Source: an uncultured Candidatus Saccharibacteria bacterium (GTDB taxonomy: Bacteria; Patescibacteriota; Minisyncoccia; UBA6257; GWB1-50-10). From it: DNA of 58,743 bases. Position numbers and translations under genes: made by a program. The stretch lies in contig CAZMFA010000002.1 of the NCBI GenBank assembly GCA_964565515.1, forward strand, positions 1-58,743, written 5' to 3'. Positions 36,411-43,748 of the stretch are shown piece by piece; the first letter of the stretch is position 1; each line of letters opens with the position of its first letter. Under the pieces are notes generated by a model, which saw nothing but the letters and a program-made list of their open reading frames with translations, was not told the origin of the DNA and searched no databases.

Positions 36411-37346
36411 ATGACTCGGCCGGAGGTTTTCACTCAATTTAAGATCAAGAAAAATGCAAAGCTTGCTCCGCTTTCGACGTTCAAGATTGGCGGAACTTCG
36501 GAGTATCTTGCCGTTGCCGAGACGCCCGAAAAATTCGTGGATATCGCTCTGTGGACGAAGAAAAACAAGATACCCCTCACTATAGTTGCGGGAGGGAGCA
36601 ACACCGTTTTTCCCGACGGAGAATTGAAGGGGCTCGTTTTGCGATTTTTCGGGGGAAAGATCGTTTTTCGGGGGAAGGAATGTGTGGCGGACGGCGGTAT
36701 CCTTTTGGGCGAGGTTGTAAAAAAATCCATCGGCCGCGGACTCTCGGGACTCGAGACGCTCTCGGGGATACCGGGGACGATCGGCGGCGCGGTTGTCGGG
36801 AATGCCGGCGCCTACGGCCACTCCATTGCCGAAGTCGTTGAATCCGTAGAGATTTGGGACGGCAGAAAAAAGCGGTGGATCTCGAAGCGCGAGTGCATCT
36901 TTGCTTACCGCGAGAGCGTTTTTAAAAAACGGCCGTGGCTCGTTTTGCGGGTTCGGCTCAAATTCAAAAGGGGAATTGCACCGCATTTGAGGCGAATTTC
37001 GAAGCACATCGTTGCATTGCGCGAGAAAAAATACAAACCAGGGATCAAGTGCCCCGGAAGCTTCTTTAAGAACGTCCTGGTCGCCGATATTTCGCGAAAG
37101 TCGCTTGAAGGGATCGATCAATCGAAGATCATCGATGGAAAGATACCGGCCGGGTACCTTTTGGAGTCGGTCGGCTCGAAGGGCATGCGCGTCGGGGGCA
37201 TTGAGATCGCCTCCTTTCACGGGAACCTCTTCGTCAACAAAGGGCGCGCGAAGGCCGCCGACGTGCGGAAGCTCGCGAATATCCTGCGGAAAAAGGTACG
37301 TAAGAAGTTCGGCATTACGCTCGAGGAAGAAGTGCGGTATATCTGA
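36411..37346 (+). CDS. murB: UDP-N-acetylenolpyruvoylglucosamine reductase
   Basis: FAD-binding N-terminus (APLSTFKIGGTSEY, VAGGSNTVF) and GSFFKNV. TATACT at 36392-36397 lies upstream. Confidence 0.85.
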   Translation: MTRPEVFTQFKIKKNAKLAPLSTFKIGGTSEYLAVAETPEKFVDIALWTKKNKIPLTIVAGGSNTVFPDGELKGLVLRFFGGKIVFRGKECVADGGILLGEVVKKSIGRGLSGLETLSGIPGTIGGAVVGNAGAYGHSIAEVVESVEIWDGRKKRWISKRECIFAYRESVFKKRPWLVLRVRLKFKRGIAPHLRRISKHIVALREKKYKPGIKCPGSFFKNVLVADISRKSLEGIDQSKIIDGKIPAGYLLESVGSKGMRVGGIEIASFHGNLFVNKGRAKAADVRKLANILRKKVRKKFGITLEEEVRYI

Positions 37347-37355
37347 TGAAATTCT

Positions 37356-37402
37356 AAAATCCAAATACCAAATGTCAAATTTTAATTTTGAACTTTGACA
37401 TT
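37356..37402. repeat. AT-rich heptamer-periodic tract ending in a 9-bp inverted repeat
   Basis: AAAATCC AAATACC AAATGTC AAATTTT AATTTTG; inverted repeat AATGTCAAA (37371-37379) / TTTGACATT (37394-37402). Confidence 0.55.
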
Positions 37403-37449
37403 GATTTAATATTTGTCACTTGAGCTTTGGCATTGAAAGCCACACGGCG

Positions 37450-37455
37450 TATAAT
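37450..37455 (+). promoter_or_regulatory. -10 TATAAT, 8 nt before ATG 37464 (leaderless)
   Basis: TATAATGGGGGTGTATG. Confidence 0.5.
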
Positions 37456-37463
37456 GGGGGTGT

Positions 37464-37811
37464 ATGGTTCTTGCGTATGTGACGCAGAAGTTCTTGTGGC
37501 GGATCGTCGATTTTTTGAGGCATTGGTACGTTCGGAGCGCGAAATTGTATTCGAATTATGTCCTCGACCGGCTGCACGACTTTGATAAGGTTTTGGCGTG
37601 GAGGATAACACTCAAGAATCTTTTTACCCCCCTTTACAAGGATTACACGTTTGTCGGTTATGTGTTGGGATTTTTCTTGAGAGCGGTGCGGCTCTTGGTC
37701 GCCTCGGGTTTTTATGCAATCGTCTTTTTCGCGGCCATCGCCTTATATGTTATTTGGCTTCTTATCCCGCCGGTCTTGGTCGCCGTATTTTTGGGTATCC
37801 TTCATGTCTAA
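37464..37811 (+). CDS. small membrane protein
   Basis: 115 aa with two C-terminal TM helices. Its stop overlaps the start of the Clp-like gene (ATGTCTAA). Confidence 0.45.
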   Translation: MVLAYVTQKFLWRIVDFLRHWYVRSAKLYSNYVLDRLHDFDKVLAWRITLKNLFTPLYKDYTFVGYVLGFFLRAVRLLVASGFYAIVFFAAIALYVIWLLIPPVLVAVFLGILHV

Positions 37812-40305
37812 AACCCCCGAGATGTATTTCAAAAGCAAGCGGATATTTTTGAGTCAAATGGGTGATTTCCTCACGCGGCTCCTCGGCTACTCGGCCTACG
37901 TCGTCACGGTGGCCGTGGCCTTGGTTTTGCTCTTATCGCAAAATTCGAGGCTCATTGCCCTCGGCATTCTTTTTGCTCTGTTCCTCGCCGACCGAATGAT
38001 GCACATCGGGGACGGCGAACGGAACCTCGTGGAGATCGAGCGCGGAAAGGGGAATATCGGTGACGCTTTGACGCCGTCCTCGTACCGCATTTTGAGCTCT
38101 GCGTTCAGGAAGTCGAAAGGAGCTAATGTGAGCTTTTACCTCGTTCTTTTGGAGCTTCTTGCCGAGCGCGACGACATCCAAGAGATCTTGAAGCGTTTGG
38201 ATGTCAAACCCGAGACATTCCTCCAAAAAGCGGCCGTTGCCTTCAGTGAGAAGGGAAAATTTTCGAAAGAAAGCTATCTTTCGGTCTTGAGCGATTTGGT
38301 TTCCCGGGCTTACGCAAATGCGCGCGCCCACAACGACGTTTTTATTTATTCCCGGAACCTCTTTGCCGGCATCTTTGACGTCGGTGACAGCGATCTCGAA
38401 AAGGTTTTTATCGCCTCGGGCATCAAGAAAGAAGATGTCGAGTCGGCGGTGGTATTTGGGAAATGGCGGAAGATATTCGGAGCCCCGCGGTTTATGCCGA
38501 AGATTATCGGCGGGTTCGCCCACCGGCCGGGGTTTTTGAGGCACCGGGTCATGAACCGCGCTTGGACGGCGCGCCCCGCGCCGACGCTCGACAAGTATTC
38601 GACGGATCTTACCGATTTAGCGCGTTCTGAGGCCGTCGGTTTTCTCATCGGCCACGAAAAAGAATACGAAGAGCTCCTTCAAGTTATTGCGCGGCCCGGG
38701 AAGCCGAACGCCATCTTGGTCGGCGAAGCGGGAGCGGGGAAGTCGACCATCATCGATCATTTGGCGTTCGCCATCGTGAAAGACGAGGTTCCTGAAGAGC
38801 TGTTTGATAAGCGCTTGGTTTCCCTTGAGATCGGAAATCTTTTGGGGAATGCCACGCCGGACGTTTTGACGGCCCGATTGAACGCCATTACCGAAGAAAT
38901 CCTCCTTGCGGGGAATATTGTTCTCTTTGTGCCCAATATGCATGACCTCTTCCGAACTTCGAAGGAGACCGTGAATGCGATTGATATCATCCTGCCGATC
39001 GTGAAAAGCGCGGCAATTCCCGTGATCGGCGAGACCTACCCCCGCGAGTTCAAGACGTATATCGAACCTCGGTCGGATTTTCTCGAGCAGTTCGAAGTGG
39101 TTCGAGTCGACGAAATCAGCGAAGAAGAAGCGATCAAATTCCTCATTTACCAAAGCCTTCTCCTGGAACGGCAGTACCGCGTCTTCGTTCCTTTCAGCGT
39201 CATCAAAGAATCCGTGTATCTTGCAAAGCGGTACTTCCACGCGAAGCTTCTGCCGGGAAGCGCCGTCGACCTTTTAAAACAAACGCTCGGGAAGGCGGTC
39301 GAAAACAGGAAAAAATCGATTTCCGTCCAAGATGTTGACATGGTCGCGGAAAGCCTTTCTCGAATTCCGATCCAACGGGTTACGGCGGACGAAGCGTCGA
39401 AACTGTTGGGGCTCGAAGATGTTATCCATAAGAAGCTCATCAACCAAGATGCGGCGGTTTCCGCAGTCGCTCGGGCTCTTCGGGAATATCGGAGCGGACT
39501 TTCGCGGAAAGGGGGACCGATTGCGGCATTCCTTTTTGTGGGTCCGACCGGCGTCGGAAAAACCGAGCTTTCGAAGATTCTCGCAGAGGTGCAGTTTGGT
39601 TCCAAAACAGCCATGCAGCGCTTCGATATGTCCGAGTATCAGGATAAAACGAGCATCTTCCGGCTGATCGGTACCCCCGATGGATCGAAAGCTGGAACGT
39701 TGACCGATGCCGTTTCAGACAATCCTTACACCTTGGTACTTCTCGACGAATTCGAGAAAGCCCATCCCGATGTTTTAAATCTTTTCCTCCAGGTATTTGA
39801 CGACGGGCGGCTGACCGATAGTTTGGGGAAGACCGTCGATTTCCAAAACACCATCATCATTGCGACGTCGAACGCCAATTCCGACTTCATAAAATCGGAG
39901 ATCGAAAAGGGGAAGAAGGTCGAGGATATTTCCGGTGAATTGAAACAAAAACTGTCCGACTTTTTCAGGCCAGAACTCTTGAACCGGTTTTCGGATGTCG
40001 TCGTTTTCAGGGATTTAAAGGAAGACGAGATCAAAAAGATCGCCGGGTTGTCAATCGATGAATTGAAGGAAATGTTGGGTGAAAACAAGGGCATCGATAT
40101 CGTATACGACGATGCGGTGTTGGGCGAGCTTGGGAGGCGGGGTTACGACCCGGTTTTCGGTGCGCGCCCTTTGCGGAAGGTCATCTCTGACGACGTGAAG
40201 AGCGTTTTGGCGAACAAGATCCTCGACGGAAGTCTTGGGAGTGGTGACACGGTTACCATTTCTTTCCAAAATGGGGCATTTGATTTTCAAGTTTCAAAAA
40301 GTTAA
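37804..40305 (+). CDS. Clp/Hsp100-family AAA+ ATPase with membrane-anchored N-terminus
   Basis: Two nucleotide-binding domains (GEAGAGKST; GPTGVGKTELSK with LLDEFEKAH). The N-terminal 60 aa contain two hydrophobic helices instead of a Clp N-domain. ATG 37804 is preferred. Confidence 0.8.
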   Translation: MSKTPEMYFKSKRIFLSQMGDFLTRLLGYSAYVVTVAVALVLLLSQNSRLIALGILFALFLADRMMHIGDGERNLVEIERGKGNIGDALTPSSYRILSSAFRKSKGANVSFYLVLLELLAERDDIQEILKRLDVKPETFLQKAAVAFSEKGKFSKESYLSVLSDLVSRAYANARAHNDVFIYSRNLFAGIFDVGDSDLEKVFIASGIKKEDVESAVVFGKWRKIFGAPRFMPKIIGGFAHRPGFLRHRVMNRAWTARPAPTLDKYSTDLTDLARSEAVGFLIGHEKEYEELLQVIARPGKPNAILVGEAGAGKSTIIDHLAFAIVKDEVPEELFDKRLVSLEIGNLLGNATPDVLTARLNAITEEILLAGNIVLFVPNMHDLFRTSKETVNAIDIILPIVKSAAIPVIGETYPREFKTYIEPRSDFLEQFEVVRVDEISEEEAIKFLIYQSLLLERQYRVFVPFSVIKESVYLAKRYFHAKLLPGSAVDLLKQTLGKAVENRKKSISVQDVDMVAESLSRIPIQRVTADEASKLLGLEDVIHKKLINQDAAVSAVARALREYRSGLSRKGGPIAAFLFVGPTGVGKTELSKILAEVQFGSKTAMQRFDMSEYQDKTSIFRLIGTPDGSKAGTLTDAVSDNPYTLVLLDEFEKAHPDVLNLFLQVFDDGRLTDSLGKTVDFQNTIIIATSNANSDFIKSEIEKGKKVEDISGELKQKLSDFFRPELLNRFSDVVVFRDLKEDEIKKIAGLSIDELKEMLGENKGIDIVYDDAVLGELGRRGYDPVFGARPLRKVISDDVKSVLANKILDGSLGSGDTVTISFQNGAFDFQVSKS

Positions 40306-40320
40306 TCTCTTATTGAACGC

Positions 40321-40989
40321 ATGAAATTTCCGCACTTTAAGATAAGCTTCGGCGAAATGAAGATGAATAAGGTGGTGCGGTTCTTTATCCTCTCGGATTA
40401 TTTGTTTTGGGGCGGATGGGGGCTCATTTCCCCGATCTTTGCGGTCTTCATTTTGCAACGAATCGGCGCAACGAACGTATTTACCGTCGGAGCCGCTGCC
40501 GCATTGTACTATTTAACGAAGGCGATCTCCGAGGTACCCATTTCGTTCTACTTGGACAAGCATGAGGGGGAAAAAGACGATTTTTACGCCCTCCTCATCG
40601 GACTCTTTCTCGGCGGCCTCGCGTGTTTGATCTTTTTGGCCGTTCGGAGCGTTCCGGCACTCCTGGCCTCCATGGTGGTACAGGGCCTTGCGTTCGCCTT
40701 TTACTCGTCCTCTTGGCCCGCGATCTTTTCGAGGCATTTGGACAAGGATCACTATTCGCTCGAGTGGACGCTTGACCATTTCGGCATCGATATCATTTCT
40801 TCCGTTATGGCATTGATGGGCGGCGGCATTGCGCTCCTTTTGGGATTCGATTTCATCTTCATTTTAGCGTCCCTTGCGGCATTTGCAGGAGCAGTCCTCC
40901 TTTTTATGGTGCCGGACCTCATCTTACCGAAACAAACGTTGAAACAGCCCATTTTACGAGACCATGCCGGACCAATCATTGGTGAATAA
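40321..40989 (+). CDS. six-helix MFS-like membrane protein (half-size)
   Basis: About 6 TM helices; the start is uncertain (ATG 40321, 40357 or 40363). It could be a truncated transporter. Confidence 0.4.
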   Translation: MKFPHFKISFGEMKMNKVVRFFILSDYLFWGGWGLISPIFAVFILQRIGATNVFTVGAAAALYYLTKAISEVPISFYLDKHEGEKDDFYALLIGLFLGGLACLIFLAVRSVPALLASMVVQGLAFAFYSSSWPAIFSRHLDKDHYSLEWTLDHFGIDIISSVMALMGGGIALLLGFDFIFILASLAAFAGAVLLFMVPDLILPKQTLKQPILRDHAGPIIGE

Positions 40990-41443
40990 AAAAGAAGGCG
41001 ACCTTTCCATCTCCGCGGGCGTTATCGTTTTCAGGCGGGCGGAGGAGGGGATAAAATTCCTGCTCTTGTACCACGGGGGCAGTTATTGGAATTTTCCGAA
41101 GGGGAAGCTAGCCGAAGGCGAGAAAAGCTTCAGGGCGGCCCTGCGCGAGGTTGAAGAAGAAACGGGCATCAAAGCGCCGAACCTGCGGTTTATCAACTGG
41201 TTCAAAGTTTCCGATCGGTTTGTTTTTTATACGAAAGAAAAGAAACGGATCCCGCGTCTCGTGATCTACTATTTGGCGGAAACGAAAACGCAGGCAGTCA
41301 CGATCGTTCCCCGGGAGCATCAAGGGTACGGCTGGTTCCTCTATAAGGATGCCTCGAGAATGCTGAGGGCTCCGAATTTAAAATCGAACCTCAAGAAAGC
41401 ATACACCTCGATCACGAGGAAGAAGCAGGCGCCTACTTCGTAG
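40964..41443 (+). CDS. NUDIX hydrolase
   Basis: Nudix box GKLAEGEKSFRAALREVEEETGI. Confidence 0.8.
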   Translation: MPDQSLVNKKEGDLSISAGVIVFRRAEEGIKFLLLYHGGSYWNFPKGKLAEGEKSFRAALREVEEETGIKAPNLRFINWFKVSDRFVFYTKEKKRIPRLVIYYLAETKTQAVTIVPREHQGYGWFLYKDASRMLRAPNLKSNLKKAYTSITRKKQAPTS

Positions 41444-41780
41444 CGGACTCAACTATCTTTTTGAATATCTCCGGTTCGTTCCCGGCGAGATCGGCCAAGA
41501 TCTTCCGATCGAGTTTGATGCCCTCTTTTTTCAGAGCGCCGATGAGCTTGCTGTATGTTGTGCCGTTCAATCTTGCCCCTGCGTTGATCTCGGTTTCCCA
41601 AAGCGTGCGGTAAACCCTTTTCTTTTCCTTCCTCCCCTTTAGTTTCCTCGCAAGGCCGTGGAGAAGCGCTTCTCGTGCGGCGCGCTCCTTTGATTTCCGG
41701 CTCCACTTGTATCCCTTGCTCTTCTTGAGGAGCTTTTCTCTTTTTTTGTGGGCGATTGTGCCCCGTTTTACTCTTGGCAT
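41433..41780 (-). CDS. rplT: 50S ribosomal protein L20
   Basis: MPRVKRGTIAHKKREKLLKKSKGY. Confidence 0.9.
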   Translation of the reverse strand: MPRVKRGTIAHKKREKLLKKSKGYKWSRKSKERAAREALLHGLARKLKGRKEKKRVYRTLWETEINAGARLNGTTYSKLIGALKKEGIKLDRKILADLAGNEPEIFKKIVESATK

Positions 41781-41950
41781 CAGTTATTGATAAGTTTTTG
41801 TATGTCGACGTTTCCTAATGTTCGGGCGTTCTTTTTCCGTTTGATTTGCACCGTTCTTTTGTTCGCTCGCGAGTGACCCAAAGCCATTGCCCGGCGGAGC
41901 ACCTTGCCTGACTTCGTTATTTTTATTCTTTTTGACACGCTTTTCCTCAT
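41780..41950 (-). CDS. rpmI: 50S ribosomal protein L35
   Basis: MRKSVSKRIKITKSGKVLRR. The start at 41950 abuts the element arm; the track's 7-codon extension is element-encoded. Confidence 0.85.
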   Translation of the reverse strand: MRKSVSKRIKITKSGKVLRRAMALGHSRANKRTVQIKRKKNARTLGNVDIQKLINN

Positions 41951-42077
41951 TCCGTTAGAAATAGTACGCACACACGGAGTGCGTTTTGCGCCTATTGTTT
42001 TTAACCTTTTTCATTGATTGTTTTTTCATAAGTTTATTTTCTTTTCATGGGCGTATGCGATTTCTAACGGGATTCAT
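41951..42077 (-). repeat. palindrome-bounded element, family-2 copy (E6)
   Basis: Minus strand reads ATGAATCCCGTTAGAAATCGCATACGC ... GCGTACTATTTCTAACGGA. It is homologous to 7112-7233. It contains a 10-codon ORF, MNPVRNRIRP (42077-42045). Confidence 0.7.
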
Positions 42078-42079
42078 TG

Positions 42080-42616
42080 TTATTTCTTGGTTATTTGCAT
42101 AAGGTAGCCTCTCCCTCCTTGCCGCGGTTCCATGGTCACTTGGTACGGTACGGTTATTTTTCCCGTGAATTCCTTTATGCGTCCCAGTGCCCATTCTTTA
42201 TTCGCCTTTTCCCTTCCCCGGAGCCGGAGGTGGATTTCCACCTTGTGTCCTTCCCTGAGGAATTTCTCGGCTTGCTTTGCTTTCATTGCCATGTCGTTCT
42301 CCGCGATCCGGGCGGAGATTTGCACTTGTTTCAGTTCTTTTTGTTTTTGCGCCTGCTTCGATCGCTTTTCTTCCTTGGCTCTCTGATATCGCCATTTATC
42401 GAAGCTCATGATCCTCGCGACGGGGGGCGCGGCTTGCGGGGCGATTTCGATAAGGTCGAGTCCTGCCGACATGGCCTTCGCGAGGGCTTCTTCTTTCTTC
42501 ATGACGCCGAGATTTTCTCCCGATTCGTCGATCACGCGAAGTTCGATGGCTGTTATTTCTCCGTTTATCCTCTGCCGCGGGGCGGGTGCTGGTCTGTATG
42601 GTCTTTGATAAGCGAT
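42080..42616 (-). CDS. infC: translation initiation factor IF-3, probable non-canonical (ATC) start
   Basis: The conserved N-terminal motif RINGEITAIELRVID lies upstream of the first GTG/ATG (42535). The in-frame TAG at 42628-42626 limits the ORF. ATC at 42616 gives 178 aa, the normal IF3 length. Confidence 0.8.
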   Translation of the reverse strand: MAYQRPYRPAPAPRQRINGEITAIELRVIDESGENLGVMKKEEALAKAMSAGLDLIEIAPQAAPPVARIMSFDKWRYQRAKEEKRSKQAQKQKELKQVQISARIAENDMAMKAKQAEKFLREGHKVEIHLRLRGREKANKEWALGRIKEFTGKITVPYQVTMEPRQGGRGYLMQITKK

Positions 42617-42622
42617 ACGAAA

Positions 42623-42651
42623 ATACTAATAAAAAACGCGCCAAAATGCAA
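42623..42651 (-). promoter_or_regulatory. candidate infC promoter TTGCAT-17-TAGTAT
   Basis: Minus-strand TTGCAT (42651-42646), 17-nt spacer, TAGTAT (42628-42623), 6 nt before ATC 42616. Confidence 0.4.
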
Positions 42652-42663
42652 ATGAAGAGCTCC

Positions 42664-42684
42664 GGCGGGGGGTTGGACCGTCGC
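42664..42684 (-). repeat. degenerate copy of the tmRNA 3' end (distal)
   Basis: GGCGGGGGGTTGGACCGTCGC resembles 42751-42773 and, less closely, the genuine 3' end. Confidence 0.4.
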
Positions 42685-42747
42685 GGCTCGACAAGTTTGA
42701 TGGGTGGTTCACCACGAGTGAGTCCACCGAAAGGTGGGCGAATCGAG

Positions 42748-42773
42748 TGGAGGCGGAGAGATTGAACCGTCGC
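42748..42773 (-). repeat. degenerate copy of the tmRNA 3' end (proximal)
   Basis: TGGAGGCGGAGAGATTGAACCGTCGC matches 23 of the first 26 nt of the genuine TGGAGGCGGAGGGATTGGACCCTCGTCC (42930-42957). Both are preceded by GCGAATCGAG. Confidence 0.6.
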
Positions 42774-42888
42774 AATTCGCTATACAGCAAATTGCTCCCT
42801 GACACCTTGCGGTTTCAGTACTTCCACCACGGGGAAACTCCCGTTTTCCCGACCCCCTTCCCAGCCCACTCCCTCTTCGCGAATCGAG

Positions 42889-42929
42889 CAATGAAAAAGA
42901 CCGGCAATAAATGCCGGTCTTTTTCATTG
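42889..42929 (-). terminator. 18-bp perfect hairpin terminator after tmRNA
   Basis: CAATGAAAAAGACCGGCA-ATAAA-TGCCGGTCTTTTTCATTG, with T-runs in both directions. Confidence 0.7.
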
Positions 42930-43268
42930 TGGAGGCGGAGGGATTGGACCCTCGTCCAAGAAAGTATTCAAAAATATTCTACAAGCTTAGTTCTCTCGAA
43001 AGAGAGCGGAAATCATTCCCGATGGTTTAACCCGCTTTATTGGAAACGCCTTTCAGCGGGCGATCCTGCGGTATGACACCGGTTACCCTCGAGCAGGAGT
43101 AAAGGACCGATGCCCGGCTCTTAGAGCCGGGGCCGGCATTAAGCGAAAGCCAATGCCGGGGCTGCAACTTTATTGTTGGCAGTTCTTGATTTGCGACGAG
43201 TTTAACGAGATTATCGCGAGCTCGGCTTGCTACTTTTAAAGATCTCTCCTGTCGAAGCGTGCGCCCCC
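42930..43268 (-). ncRNA. ssrA: tmRNA (SsrA), tag ANNKVAAPALAFA
   Basis: The 5' GGGGGCG pairs with the 3' CGCCUCC-A and includes G3:U70. The tag frame GCC...GCT TAA runs 43180-43139. It lies next to smpB. The T-loop looks 1 nt short in my fold. Confidence 0.8.
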
Positions 43269-43282
43269 TTGGGGATGAGGTT

Positions 43283-43714
43283 TTAGGCAAATTTCTTTAT
43301 TTCCCGTTCGGTCTCCCTTTTCTTTATCACTTCCCGTTTGTCGGTTTTCTTCCGGAATCTCCCGAGGCCGATTCCAAGCTTTATCTTGCCGTGCTTATTA
43401 TACATCTTAATCGGGATTAGTGTCAATCCTTTGGTCTTTCCGATGAGGTAATCGATCTCGTTTTTTTTCACGAGCAGTTTTCGCAATCTCTTGGGGTCAT
43501 AAACCCCGGGAATATTCTTCGGCTGGTACGCCGGGATGTCGAGGTTCACAATCCAAAGCTCGCCCCGCACGAGGGAGGCGTAGGACCCCGAAAGGTTCAC
43601 TCGGCCGCTCGTTACGGCTTTCGCTTCGTAGCCCTTCAATACGATGCCGGCCTCGAATGCCCCGAGGATCTCGTAGTCGAAGAGAGCTCTTTTGTTTTCC
43701 GCAAATATAGCCAT
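43283..43714 (-). CDS. smpB: SsrA-binding protein SmpB
   Basis: 143 aa; NKRALFDYEI and GYEAKAV motifs. Confidence 0.9.
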   Translation of the reverse strand: MAIFAENKRALFDYEILGAFEAGIVLKGYEAKAVTSGRVNLSGSYASLVRGELWIVNLDIPAYQPKNIPGVYDPKRLRKLLVKKNEIDYLIGKTKGLTLIPIKMYNKHGKIKLGIGLGRFRKKTDKREVIKKRETEREIKKFA

Positions 43715-43748
43715 GAAACCTCTATTATTTTATACTAAACAACAAGCA

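Noticed and set aside
42748-42835. A second tRNA or tmRNA-like gene suggested by the TGGAGGCGGAGAGATTGAACC signature.
   Set aside because: No complementary 5' acceptor strand exists and the T-stem cannot pair (CTCTC has no GAGAG partner). I treat it as a degenerate duplicate of the ssrA 3' end.
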